IMG/VR virus record: IMGVR_UViG_3300023175_000012
Coordinates: 32,001-96,000 of that record
Strand: one strand, 5' to 3'
Length of the DNA stretch: 64,000 bases
DNA from: a virus
Taxonomy: Duplodnaviria > Caudoviricetes
This document shows positions 13,001-22,600 of the stretch, one piece after another. Below the pieces are notes generated by a model. It was not told the DNA's origin. It saw only the letters and a list, made by a program, of their open reading frames with translations, and made no database searches. A program made the position numbers and the translations under genes. Positions within the stretch are counted from its first letter, which is position 1, and every line of letters starts with the position of its first letter.

Positions 13001-13091
13001 CTCTTACAATGTCATCACGTTTGTATACTGTGGCTGCGATCCATTCACCTTTCCATGTATACTTAAAACGTTCTAGTTTAAATTCTGCCAT
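7089..13091 (-). CDS. Giant virion structural / fibre-like protein (2000 aa) with inserted cupredoxin-like domain
   Basis: Same MAEFKL start, Trp repeats, RSPY[VI]Q / GRAELVSVFTYY / RATNGNNSYG core and C-terminus as 25..7038; insert ending in LYYYCRYHAGMG. Confidence 0.75.
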   Translation of the reverse strand: MAEFKLERFKYTWKGEWIAATVYKRDDIVRVGGKTYVCLEGHTADTKFKTDLLATLPGSNPPQAAPKWRLMTDGRSFKGAWATATTYAISDIVLKDGSLWVCLNEHDSTEFYVNKDDWALLAESVKYTTNWETATDYGTGALVKYNGIVYKCIVPHVSGLFLEDNLVTTPSNIQVAVVRNAEDTANIYTLNGIPQAELTFAFGKTYVFDQSAPQDGSDDTNLYFGGGFDQNGDPVQNPHPLLLSITDDGLWNSGVPYADGVTYFLNGNEVTQQVYVSNFAQATTRQVRFTVPYTAPETLYYYCRYHAGMGASLATETSADVSWEVYHSGIEYVGAWARDTLYRKNDLVLYGGSIWRCTETHQSASQGFLDGDGNLADQLDTTKFAIELPGFQYESEWSDTAEYQAGDVVRYGGYLYFATKYNRDDQPAQSQDSTSSWVELQYGYNFRGEWVDGAEYNPGDIVQRGGELYMALVSIGKVEVDGSTSDYLQTEKWQLLVPSKTWGEAWITGRTYFVGEVVYHFGSAYVCNEAHVSTNDNFPGDNGSGYFYWDTLVEAGQPSGLSAQGDLLTYNLSRTNVGDGSTIGPAGVAIGEERQLLSVNDDDTVFWKNYLRTAQEIYVGHHGMDTEGYGRDPNRPFRSVRYACEFVEETFPALTPVKIKVDTGRYTEIGPISVPAGTAVMGDELRSVTIVANPRLDEYQNETEEFNAAWDYVTSILLNLFSNVDVPPLPGNTLTQPKTTLTLGLSEVNLAITLIDVIKDKVEFNAESGAVDPIMTGTNTLTSNSVRRQTASKLESLQSYLSQQVEAWVRENYPTKQFRMNRIAEDFIHFFKAICYDLRYEGTYKSILSAERYANAITGSNLSDLFRMRDTTGLRQCTVEGLDGALNPPGVYDLYQRPTSGAFTALDPGWGTADDRTWIKRRSPYIQGVTTIGTACTGMRVDGLLHNGGNKSMTANDYTQVLSDGIGAWISDNGRAELVSVFTYYNQVGYLAERGGVIRATNGNNSYGKYGSIADGIDPNEVPITASVFNRDNEATVDGVFAGAFGDEILIYEYANAGENYTTATSTITGAGANAEALHEDIRHGALFQSRIVNPADSGAIGGVGYTNIQNQATIGDSTSITLNVNETITEEEIVGQALYIISGDGTGQYGYVSAYNELNQIASINKESTGQPGWDHLLPGTTIETTLSSNTRYQIEPRIVSSAPSYAANNYNIASGRDIIDVAFSNTTFEFTDIEGQPGTGDVITQDGLAPANARFDITKNGLVYEVTIADGGLGYAIGDSITILGSVLGGDDVTNDCHIKVSGVTDDSSNSITSVVVTGTGRSGKFVAIAKPNFVLESDTGQGWNEVLLPNSTAIDWIKVAAGANRFVAIAKGTDEAAYSLDGVNWNSVTLPFVEDWIDITFGEGRFVVIAENSTNVIQSADGITWTSSNMPNDAVGDSASAEWQGLTYGKGKFVAVAGNDGVVGHSTDGTTWTFDTGFPATPNLQVAGLAYGNNRYLALLETGETYYSFDGSTWTQGADAPTQDGSTTMRWNDMKFAEGVFFAICDANNQIVGGDIDGNNTNFAATTEDGILWTGRTLAASKTYFGLGFGVVNNVGSWIIGTKNTAIGGIAKVETGAKVKVRAKLGSGGLIQTIKILDCGSGYSPQNPPVFTITDNAYTVGIGWENRVGNGVLAQPSWTNRGIGYRSSTTRVDITGDGYADFIPETNIIKIAGLPRVPTIGSQLLFPNIPDDTTDNPDDLKSFRVAVATDLGDDGTGNGTKLVQFQISPRMRNEYDLVHNTSVTINENFSQCRITGHDFLDIGTGNFLETNYPEIYAGGNYFVSAPENEVYETGGGRIFYVSTDQDGNFRAGELFSVQQATGVVTISAEFFDLDGLSELSLGGVRLGGSGAVVREFSTDPTFAEDSNNVVPTQRAIATFLADRLSVGGSDLELNAFSAGQIYVGGPDNQFDNIQDAQILVGVPVNMEGTDANGNPVGISGSYVGQMMLLRNFDDGMK

Positions 13092-13101
13092 TTATTTTCC
13101 C

Positions 13102-13545
13102 CTAGTATCCTGGTCCTGGTCCGCCTGTTTCACCAGGAAGCAATACCGCATTATCTACACCTTCACCGTATGCTGGTGAACTAATATTATCTTCGAATGT
13201 TACTTTTTCACTAACTGATTGTACAAAATGTCCTGTGCCTGCTTCAATATAATATGTTAAACTTCTACCGTCCCAACGTAGTTGAGGGTAACGCAAGTTA
13301 GGATAAACAATATCTTTATTTTCATCAATACCATCTAAGTAATCAATACCTTCTTCAAAATCTAAAAAGTTTTCTTCTGATATACCTAAATCGTTAATTG
13401 TAACACTGTTTGAGTCTCCGCCTGCAAGTTGATCAACTCTAACTAAAAATAATTCACCATCATCATTCCTACGTAAACCGTAAAAATATCTTTTGATAAA
13501 TCCGTTTTGTACGTCTGTTGGATTACTTCCTATATAATGACTCAT
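13102..13545 (-). CDS. Hypothetical protein in the structural operon (147 aa)
   Basis: Tightly packed ORF; start overlaps the stop of the upstream gene. Confidence 0.7.
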   Translation of the reverse strand: MSHYIGSNPTDVQNGFIKRYFYGLRRNDDGELFLVRVDQLAGGDSNSVTINDLGISEENFLDFEEGIDYLDGIDENKDIVYPNLRYPQLRWDGRSLTYYIEAGTGHFVQSVSEKVTFEDNISSPAYGEGVDNAVLLPGETGGPGPGY

Positions 13546-13874
13546 TATACTATCTCCACATAACTTGCTATAGCGTCTACAGCATCATCTGTACTTGCTA
13601 CTACTTGGACAATATTATCAGGTGCAACTATTAATTTTTCGCCTGTTGCAACAACTCGCAAACTAGTATTTGCTGGTAGCAACGTATCTTTAATATAATG
13701 TCCAGTTACACTTGTATCGTCTTTCATTAACACACTTACATAAACAAAACTATCAGTAAGATTTGTTAAACTTAACCCGATAACAGTGGCTCTAGTTGCC
13801 GAGTTAGTTTCAATAATGTCTATAGGTTGTGTGCCTACATTGTTAATAACTTTATTTTTAAATATCGTTGCCAT
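13545..13874 (-). CDS. Small beta-rich virion protein (109 aa), probably related to 25774..26145
   Basis: Shares the LPAxxT/S...EK[LI][IV]...SY[VL]EI pattern with the 123 aa ORF at 25774..26145. Confidence 0.65.
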   Translation of the reverse strand: MATIFKNKVINNVGTQPIDIIETNSATRATVIGLSLTNLTDSFVYVSVLMKDDTSVTGHYIKDTLLPANTSLRVVATGEKLIVAPDNIVQVVASTDDAVDAIASYVEIV

Positions 13875-13877
13875 TTA

Positions 13878-16800
13878 TTATCCTAAGTATAAAACTGTTT
13901 CAATTGCTAAGTCTGCTGCATCTGATGGATTAATACCAGATCCTGCACCAGCTGAAGAGGCCCAGTTTACTCCGTCGAATATTTCAACCCTGTCGTCTTC
14001 AGTGTTAAACCTGGCCATGCCTATTTCTCTATAAGCAACCGCAGGTCTTTCTGCACTAGTACCACTTGGTATTACAAGTCCACCTGTTCCACTAAACTTA
14101 ACATATCCGTTATTAGTGTTTTCAAAAAGAGTAATACTATTCGATACTGTATTTATAATCCTATTGTCTTCGAAGGCAAAGTTTTCTATTACTACTCTAC
14201 CAGTACCTGCGGCACTTAACACCAAGTCTTGATCAGTAGTAAGTGTGCTGATTGTGTTTTGCTCTATTTGTACATCATCTACTTCAAATCTATCTGCATA
14301 GAATCTATTTGAATCGATATTAGCTCTAACTGTATTATCTGTGTAGAATCTAATAATATTATCATTTTGGCCTTCAACAAGTTCTGCTGTAACTTTTGTG
14401 TTACCGTCTAAATCTTCAACACCTTGTAATATAATCCAATTAGTTCCGTTATATCCTTCGTATCTACTTAAATCTTGATTATAACGAATTTGTCCTACTT
14501 GTGGACTTGAAGGTCTTTGTAATGTTGTACCAACTGGAACATTTATAGCACCAGTACCAGCAAACTTTGTATAACCAGTAGCAGGGCTAATTGTCATATC
14601 ATCTGTTGTTGTAGATATTGTGCTTTCGTTGATGGTAAAGTTTTCTGCAATAATACCACCAGTGCCATTTGCACGTAGTTCTAAATTACTGTTACTTAAA
14701 GTTGTAGTAATAAAGTTATCATCAATTAATATATCACCTGTTGTAAAACTGTCAGCTTCGATAATACCTGTCGCTGTTAAGTTTCCAACAGTTAGTGTGC
14801 CTCCTACAACAAAATCATTTGTTACTTGTAAGTCATTGTTTGGAAATAATATATCTCCAGTACCGGATGTTTTAATTTCAATATCAGCATTTGATTGTGT
14901 GCCTATTATTGAATTTCCTGCAAGTCTAATACCTTCAAAATCGGCATCTCCTGTTACAGTTAAGTTTCCTGTAACATCTGTTGTACCAGTTTGTGTAAAG
15001 TTTCCAGTTTGTACTGTTGTACCTGTATGTGTAACATCTCCGTTAATAGTTACATCACTGTTTAAAGTAGTGTTTCCGCTTACTGTAAGGTCTTGTGTTG
15101 CTTGCAAACTGTCCTGGACTACTACTATGCCAGTTCCATTAGCCCTAAGCTCTAGGTCGCTGTTAGACGTTGTAGTTGTGATAAAATTATCATCAATTAG
15201 TATATCACCAGTAGTAAAGTTATTTGCTTCAATTGTTCCTGTGCTTTGAATATCACCAACTGTGAGTTGTCCAACAACAGTTAAATCACCAGTAACATTT
15301 ACGTTTGCACTTGGAATTAATACGCTACCAGTACCTGATGTTTTAAATTCTAAATCACTATTGCTAAGTGTAGTTTGTATAACATTGCCTGTAATTTGAA
15401 TATTTTCAAATTGAGAGTCACCTGATACAACTAAATTACCTGTATAATTTGCATTACCTGTTTGTGTGTAATCGCCAACTTGAACAGTATCCCCTGTATG
15501 ATTAAACGCACCATTTATGGTTGTATTAGATAATGTTGCACTACCGTCAACATTTAAATTATTATCAATTTGTACGTCATTATTAGGAATAAGAACTTCA
15601 CCAGTTCCATTAGCTCGTAATTCTAAATCGCTATTACTTAATGTAGTAGTGATAAAATTATCGTCAATTAAAATATCACCAGTTGAATAACTATTTGCTG
15701 TAATTGTACCTGAGCTGTTTATGTTATTAACAGTAAATGTTCCGTTAACATCAAGATCATTTGTAATAACAACATCATTATTAGGAACAATAACTTGTCC
15801 TGTGCCGTTTGCACTTAATTCTAAATCAGCATTTGAGCTAGTTGTTGTTATAAAATTATCATCAATTAATATTTCTTCTAATTGAAGAGTTTGATTTACA
15901 ACAACCTTGTCAAGTGTGCTTGTACCAATAACTTGAATATCACCGGTATGTGTTACATTTCCTTGTACTTGTAATGTTCCATTTACGGTTGTATCAGATA
16001 ATGTTGTTAATCCTTCAACAGTTACAGCATTTTGAAATGTTACATCATTATTAGGAACAATTATTTCGCCAGTGCCGTTTGCACGTAATTCTAAATTGCT
16101 ATTACTCTGTGTCGTTGTAATAAAGTTGTCGTCAATTAAAATATCACCAGTACTAAATCTATTTGCTGTTATGGTTCCTGAACTGTTAATATCATTAACT
16201 GTTAGTGTGCCTTGTACATCTAAATCATTTGTAATTTCAACATTTGCATTTGGTATTAAAACAATACCAGTTCCACTAGCACGTAGTTCTAAATTTGTAT
16301 TAGAAGTTGTTGTAGTAATGAAATTGTCGTCAATTAATATTTCTTCGAACTGTGCTGCACCCGAAACATCTAAATCTTGTGTAACTGTTACACTTCCTGT
16401 AATAGTTGCATCACCTGTTTGGTTTAAATCACCTGTAAGTGTAAATGTACCATTTACTGTAGTATCTTGTAGATCAGTTGTACCGCTTACAGTCAGGTTA
16501 TTATTAATTTGTACATTATTATCTGGAATTAATATTTCACCGGTTCCACTAGCACGTAGTTCTAAATCACTATTACTGTTTGTTGTAGTAATAAAATTAT
16601 CTTCTATTAGAATATTGCCATTACTAATTTCACCAGCAATATTAAAATTACCAGTCTGTGTAGTATCGCCAGTATGTGTTATTGTTCCTGTAATTTGAGT
16701 ATTCTGTAAACTGGTTGCTCCATTTACAGTTAGATTTTGCTGTATAACAACATCACTACTGTTGATTTTTACATCACCTGTGCCTGCAGCATCAATAAAC

Positions 16801-19532
16801 AAGTCAGTGTCTGCTGTAGTTACTTGTATGTGATTATTATCAATTCTAATTGTACCATTTATAAAATCAGTAGCATCTACTGTAGTTGCAACTAGTGTAT
16901 TTGCTTGCACAGAATCAGCAATTAAATCGTTACTGATTCTAAATGTGTTATTAGGAATTAATACTTCACCAGTTCCATTAGCTCTAAGTTCTAAGTCTGC
17001 GTTTGAACTAGTAGTTGTAATAAAGTTATCGTCGATTAGTATTTCTTCAAACTGAGCTTGTCCTGTTACTGATAGATTACCGCCAACAGCAACATCACCA
17101 ATAACTGTTTGGTTACCAGTTTGTGTAATATCACCGCCAATAGTCAAGTTACCAAGAATATCAACGTCTTGGAATGTAGAATCTCCTCCAACTATTAAGT
17201 CATTTGTAATTTCAACATTTGAATTTGGTACTAGTATCTTACCTGTTCCACTAGCACGTAATTCTAAATCTGCATTCGAAACAGTTGTTTCAATAAAGTT
17301 ATTTGTTATTCTAATGTCGCCAAAATCTGCTCCATTAGTATAAAGGTATTTCCACATCTTAGATGGATTACCTAAATTATATGTTGTATCTAGATTAGGT
17401 ATTAGGTCACTGTCAATACCTGCAACTATTTGTATAGTATCAGTTGCTTGATCACCTATTGTGATGTTGCCACCAATAGTTACATTACCAGTAACATCTA
17501 AACTACCTGCAACATTAACATCGCTGTTTAAATTTAATGTTTGTGTAAGTGGACTTATGTTTATATTACCACTTAAACTTTCTATAGTATTTCCACTTAT
17601 TCTTAAGTTACCAGTGTCAATTCTATCACCGCTTACAAAAGTTGAATTACCGCCACTTGTAAATGTTACACCTGAAGTTAAATCTACATTAAGTGCATTT
17701 GCAACAAAGTTTACAGTACCGTCATCTTGGTTAACATAAAATAGGTCACCAACTCTAAAATCACCTTTATGGTCTACTGAGTTATATCTAATCTTAGCAT
17801 CATTTAATTCAATAACTTCGTTATCTTGTAATACAGTACCTGGGTCATTAGTAACTTCTTTACCATTACCAATGTATGCTAGATTTTGTCCAATAGCATA
17901 AACAATTACACCCGGGCCGTCGCCGTATAATCCATAATTACCGTAAACCGATGCAGAGCCAATCATTCTTATTTCTGCACCAAAGTCTCTTACATCATGA
18001 TTAAGTATTGTTGTTGCTGTTACGCCCGAACCGTTTGAAATACTTTGCGGTGTTGTATCAAAATCTATAAAGTCAATATTTTTGCCGTCAATTACAAGTA
18101 CATCGTTGTCTACACTTTCAACATTTACATTTAAAACAGTTGAACTGTCTGTACTTGTAAATGTAACTGTATCGCCTGCTTGGAATGTGCCGCCGCTTAT
18201 GCCGCCTAGTCTAACAAACGTTTTACCATCGTTATACTTTCCTGCTGTGCCGTCAAACGCATACAAGCCTCTATTAGCAAAATATGTAAATGAGTTAAGC
18301 CATTCTACTCTAACACCGTTAGTTGCTTGTAGTGTGTCAACACCGGGTGTTATAAATGTAACAGCATGGAATAAACAACTTGCTTCTTTTGAATTTGCAT
18401 TTACAACACTACCGTCTAAATATGCGCCGCCACCTGCGTCTCCTGCATTAAATCCTCTTGGATCTTCTGCTGTAAGTGTTGAACCTTTTGTAATAACTGT
18501 AACGTTTCTAATGTAAGGACTTCTGCTTGTAACAGTCATATTGTTTGCAAATTTAAATGCAAATCCTGGACTATAAAAGTCTTTAATTGTAATATCTTCT
18601 ACAGTAGTTTCACCATTTAGTAAAAATGCATCATTTGTATTCGTGCCTGCTGTAGGAGTTATTGTAACGCTTCTTAATGAGTGTCCTTTAACTGTTACTC
18701 CTACTGGAACAGTTAAAGGAAATACTTCTTCATAAGCGCCTGGATAAATGTAAACAGTATCGCCTGTTGTTGCTACACTTAATGCTTGTTCTATTGTAGC
18801 AAACGGATCTTGAGGATGTGTTCCTGTTCTAGTATCATCTCCATTTTCAGCAACATAATAAATGTTACCTTGACGTAGAGTCATGTCAATACCGTCAACA
18901 AGAAGATCTGAACTGTTAATTGTTGTTGCGTTTAGATTTTGTAGCCAGACATCATCCCATCTTTTAACACTGTTACCTAATTTATAAGTGTCTGTTTGAT
19001 CTGGAATAATATCACTTGCAACAGCGGAGTTAAAAGTAACATTATCTGTATCTGCATCACCTAGTGTAATATTGCCATCAGCACTAATATTACCCGTTGC
19101 ATGTATATTACCTTCAACTTGTAAATTTGAATAAACTTCTACTTGGCCTGTGCCGTTAGGACGTAATTCTAAATTTGCATTAGAATCGTTTGTATTAATT
19201 ACATTGTCAAATATTGAAATGCTTTGAATGTCAAGTTGACGTTGATAAACAACACTATCGGCGCCAGTTGTAAGAAGATTAAGAGTATTTGCACTTTGAA
19301 TAGTATTACCAGAAATAGTAATATCAGCAATTTCTGCTATATTGTCTACTATTAAGTTGGTTGTACGTGTTGTGCCGTTAACGTGTAAGTCGTGTGATGG
19401 AGCATTAGTTTTAACACCAATTCGCTGATTGTTAACATCTAGATATAATAAGTCTGTCTCAAAAGCTAAATCGATTCCATTACGAATCAAATTAGACTTC
19501 AAGAGCGGACCTGATATGCGACCTACAGCCAT
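13878..19532 (-). CDS. Giant repeat-rich virion fibre-like protein (1884 aa), paralog of 19674..25214
   Basis: Starts MAVGRISGPLL; many repeats of ILIDDNFITTTxSNxDLELRA[NS]GTG; C-terminal P-x-G-T-T-x-x-R-P...G-x-x-R-[YF]-N...E-x-Y-x-G-x-x-W fibre-type motif; AGGAG RBS. Confidence 0.75.
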   Translation of the reverse strand: MAVGRISGPLLKSNLIRNGIDLAFETDLLYLDVNNQRIGVKTNAPSHDLHVNGTTRTTNLIVDNIAEIADITISGNTIQSANTLNLLTTGADSVVYQRQLDIQSISIFDNVINTNDSNANLELRPNGTGQVEVYSNLQVEGNIHATGNISADGNITLGDADTDNVTFNSAVASDIIPDQTDTYKLGNSVKRWDDVWLQNLNATTINSSDLLVDGIDMTLRQGNIYYVAENGDDTRTGTHPQDPFATIEQALSVATTGDTVYIYPGAYEEVFPLTVPVGVTVKGHSLRSVTITPTAGTNTNDAFLLNGETTVEDITIKDFYSPGFAFKFANNMTVTSRSPYIRNVTVITKGSTLTAEDPRGFNAGDAGGGAYLDGSVVNANSKEASCLFHAVTFITPGVDTLQATNGVRVEWLNSFTYFANRGLYAFDGTAGKYNDGKTFVRLGGISGGTFQAGDTVTFTSTDSSTVLNVNVESVDNDVLVIDGKNIDFIDFDTTPQSISNGSGVTATTILNHDVRDFGAEIRMIGSASVYGNYGLYGDGPGVIVYAIGQNLAYIGNGKEVTNDPGTVLQDNEVIELNDAKIRYNSVDHKGDFRVGDLFYVNQDDGTVNFVANALNVDLTSGVTFTSGGNSTFVSGDRIDTGNLRISGNTIESLSGNINISPLTQTLNLNSDVNVAGSLDVTGNVTIGGNITIGDQATDTIQIVAGIDSDLIPNLDTTYNLGNPSKMWKYLYTNGADFGDIRITNNFIETTVSNADLELRASGTGKILVPNSNVEITNDLIVGGDSTFQDVDILGNLTIGGDITQTGNQTVIGDVAVGGNLSVTGQAQFEEILIDDNFITTTSSNADLELRANGTGEVLIPNNTFRISNDLIADSVQANTLVATTVDATDFINGTIRIDNNHIQVTTADTDLFIDAAGTGDVKINSSDVVIQQNLTVNGATSLQNTQITGTITHTGDTTQTGNFNIAGEISNGNILIEDNFITTTNSNSDLELRASGTGEILIPDNNVQINNNLTVSGTTDLQDTTVNGTFTLTGDLNQTGDATITGSVTVTQDLDVSGAAQFEEILIDDNFITTTTSNTNLELRASGTGIVLIPNANVEITNDLDVQGTLTVNDINSSGTITANRFSTGDILIDDNFITTTQSNSNLELRANGTGEIIVPNNDVTFQNAVTVEGLTTLSDTTVNGTLQVQGNVTHTGDIQVIGTSTLDKVVVNQTLQLEEILIDDNFITTTSSNADLELSANGTGQVIVPNNDVVITNDLDVNGTFTVNNINSSGTITANSYSTGDILIDDNFITTTLSNSDLELRANGTGEVLIPNNDVQIDNNLNVDGSATLSNTTINGAFNHTGDTVQVGDYTQTGNANYTGNLVVSGDSQFENIQITGNVIQTTLSNSDLEFKTSGTGSVLIPSANVNVTGDLTVVGQLTVGDIQSTGTIEANNFTTGDILIDDNFITTTTSNSDLELRANGTGIVVVQDSLQATQDLTVSGNTTLNSDVTINGDVTHTGTTVQTGNFTQTGTTDVTGNLTVTGDADFEGIRLAGNSIIGTQSNADIEIKTSGTGDILFPNNDLQVTNDFVVGGTLTVGNLTATGIIEADSFTTGDILIDDNFITTTLSNSNLELRANGTGGIIAENFTINESTISTTTDDMTISPATGYTKFAGTGAINVPVGTTLQRPSSPQVGQIRYNQDLSRYEGYNGTNWIILQGVEDLDGNTKVTAELVEGQNDNIIRFYTDNTVRANIDSNRFYADRFEVDDVQIEQNTISTLTTDQDLVLSAAGTGRVVIENFAFEDNRIINTVSNSITLFENTNNGYVKFSGTGGLVIPSGTSAERPAVAYREIGMARFNTEDDRVEIFDGVNWASSAGAGSGINPSDAADLAIETVLYLG
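16540..16640. repeat. 101 bp near-identical dispersed repeat, copy 1 (copy 2 at 22420..22520)
   Basis: Direct comparison by eye gives 98/101 identical positions, offset 5880 bp. Confidence 0.85.
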
Positions 19533-19650
19533 CTCTTCTCCTTACACGGGGATCCTGTCCCTCTAGCCTAAATTTTCAGCTCTCGCTCTTTGCTGGCTAA
19601 CCACAGTTTGACCCTGCAACATTGGTCTATGCTGCATTAATAGTATTTAT
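19533..19650 (-). promoter_or_regulatory. Late promoter (GATAAATA) followed by a ~100 nt structured 5' leader
   Basis: ATAAATA at 19650..19644; leader is GC-rich relative to flanks, with a UGCAGCAU/AUGUUGCA stem and further stems before the AGGAG RBS. Confidence 0.55.
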
Positions 19651-19659
19651 CGTTTTAGA

Positions 19660-19680
19660 GAAAAAGGGTGGACTTACCCT
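19660..19680 (-). terminator. Possible weak intrinsic terminator
   Basis: AGGGT-aagtcc-ACCCT followed by TTTTCT on minus strand, overlapping the stop of 19674..25214; stem is only 5 bp. Confidence 0.3.
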
Positions 19681-22600
19681 AGTATAAGAGTCCATTCGTC
19701 AAAGGCTTCGCCGAGAACTATCGCATCTGCATCACCAGTATCACCTGCAACAGATACCCATTCTGTACCGTTCCATATTTCTGCACCAGGTGCTTCTGTA
19801 TTATATCTAATTTCTCCAACAACCGGAGTTGCATCTCTAGTTGAATTGTCACCGGTAGGTAATACTATACCGCTAACTTGAGTATCAATTTTTACATATC
19901 CGTTATCAGTAGTTACAATATGTAAACCATCGTCGTTTGCAAGATTTTTAATCTTGTTGTCGTCAAACGACATATTATCAAACATCTTAACAGTACCCGC
20001 TCCATTTGGAACTAATTGCAATGCTGTATTATTTTCAGATGTAACTATGTTATTAGATATAGTAATATTTGCTGTTTTTAATGATGTGCTAATATTAACA
20101 CCGTCATAGGCTACGCTACCTACTTTAGTACCTGCTACTCTAAATTCAACTTCGTCATTGAGTGCTTGAACATTAGTCTGTGCGTCTTCACTAAACACAC
20201 CGCCAAAATACTGGTTTGCTTGACTGAATCCTTCAAATAGTCCATAATCAGTATTAAATCTAATGTCGCCGGCGTTACCGTTAGGCTCTAGCGAAGTTCC
20301 ACCGTCGTAGAACGTATCCGTTGGACCAAATACTGTTACAGCATCACCACCATCAACAGTGATAGGCTGTGGATCATTTACACCGTTACCACCATCTAGA
20401 ACTATTGTTGCTACAGATGCTACAATACGTTGTGAGCTATCGCCTATTGGAATCTGTATACTATGAGTACTATCAAACAATATTTCGTTACTGGTTATAG
20501 TTAGATCATTTCCACTAAACGTTTGTAATGTACTGTCTAACGCCCTTATACCTTCTAGATATATTTCTCCTGAGCCGCTTGTGCGTAATTCTAGATTACT
20601 GTTACTGTTTGTTGTTGTAATAACATTTTGAAATATTTCAATATCATCTGTAACTATAAACTTGTTAGCAGCTACAGCTTTTTCAATAAAAAATCCGTTA
20701 CTTGTTGCACTTGTAGCTGTTAAATTTTTATCTGCTCTACCTTGTTCTATAACAACATTTCCAGTTCCAGAACCAGTTATAGTCATGTCTCCGATATTGT
20801 TATTAAGTATTGTGCTATCTTCGAATGTAAAGTTTCCGAGATCGGTTCTTCTGTCAACAATTAAGTTTGTAGCAGAATAATCACCTGTAATATCTCTATT
20901 ACCAGTTTGTATAATATTTGCATTTACTGTTATAGGAGCATTAATTTCAGTACCTTGTAAAGATGTAGTTCCATCTATTTGAGATGTTCCGGTAACACTA
21001 AAGTTGTTGTCAATTTCAACATTTCCTGCCGCTCTAAGTTCTAAATTACTATTACTATTTGTTGTTGTAATTACGTTATCAAATATTTCTATGTCAGTTG
21101 AACTAACCATATTTTCTAATGCAACACTATCTAGAATTCTTAGACTACCAAATGACGCACTTGCTGCTGACATATCTCTACTTACAACAGTATCAGTAAA
21201 CACTACATCACCTGTGCCTGCGGTGTCAAGCACTACATCACCTGTCTGTGTATATTCTAAAACATTTCCGTCAATAGTCCAGTCTCCTAAATCAGTTTTT
21301 CTATCAACTGTTAAGGCTCCATTAATTGTGTAATCGCTTGTAAGTGTAACCGTAGAATTACCTGTACGAACAGTATCACCGTTTATGTTTAACGATCCTG
21401 TTACTGTAGTATCATCATTTATTACTGTTTGATCATTTACTGTAAAATTATTTGATATATTTAAACTAGCGTTATCAACAATAACCTGCCCTGTGCCATT
21501 AGCACGTAATTCTAAATCGCTATTGCTAAGAGTTGTTGTTACAACATTACCAAACGCTTCTATGTTTTCACTATCAATTAACGCCGCTTCAAAACTTTGA
21601 TCAGCAATAATGTTATTTGCATTTAGATCATTTACTGTAACATTTCTATCAAAAGTTGCATTATCTATTACTACCCTGCCTGTACCACTTGCACGTAATT
21701 CTAAGTCTGTGTTAGTTTCTTGAGAAGTAATCTTGTTGCCATGTATACCTACTCGTTCAAAGTCTTGATAATTTTCAGTAAGAACTAATTTGTCTGTTGT
21801 TAATTGTCCTGTTAAGTTATAGTCTTGTGCAAAGTTGGTATTGCCAACAATATTTGTAGTCCCTGTAATTTCTATATTTTCAGTATTTGTTTGGCCATTA
21901 ACATTTAAATTGTTAGAAATAGTTGTGTTGTCAACATATAATATGTTGCCACTTCCGTTAGCTCTTAAATCTAAACTTTCATTAGAAACTTTTGTGCTGA
22001 TAAAATTATCATCTATTTCTATAATACTAGGCGGAATAACAATTTCATTAAGTAGTATATCTTGAGCAACTGTAACATTTACAACATTTGCGTCATTTAC
22101 TGTTAAATTATTATTAATAACAACATTGTTGTTAGGTATAAGAACTTTGCCAGTTCCACTAGCACGTAGTTCTAAATCTGTGTTCGATGTAGTCGTAGTA
22201 ATAAAATTATCATCAACTAGGATTTCTTCAAACTGTGCAAATCCAGTTACATCTAAATTTTGTGATATTGTAAGATTACCATTAAAACTTCTATCACCTG
22301 TTTGATATGAAAACCCTGGTAGGAATGTTCCATTAACTGTTACATCTTGAAAATCACTTGCTCCAGTTACAGTAAAATTATTATTAACTTGTACATCATT
22401 GTTAGGTATAAGAACTTCGCCGGTTCCACTAGCACGTAGTTCTAAATCACTATTACTGTTTGTTGTAGTAATAAAGTTATCTTCAATTAGAATATTGCCG
22501 TTACTAATTTCACCAGCAATGTTATAGTTTCCAGTTTGGGTTAAGTTACCTGAATGAACAAGTGACCCTGTTATATCAGTTCCTTGTAGTGTTGTGTTAC

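Noticed and set aside
16540-22520. Near-identical repeat pair as a diversity-generating retroelement TR/VR
   Set aside because: Both copies are internal coding sequence with only three synonymous differences, and no reverse transcriptase is present in the window.
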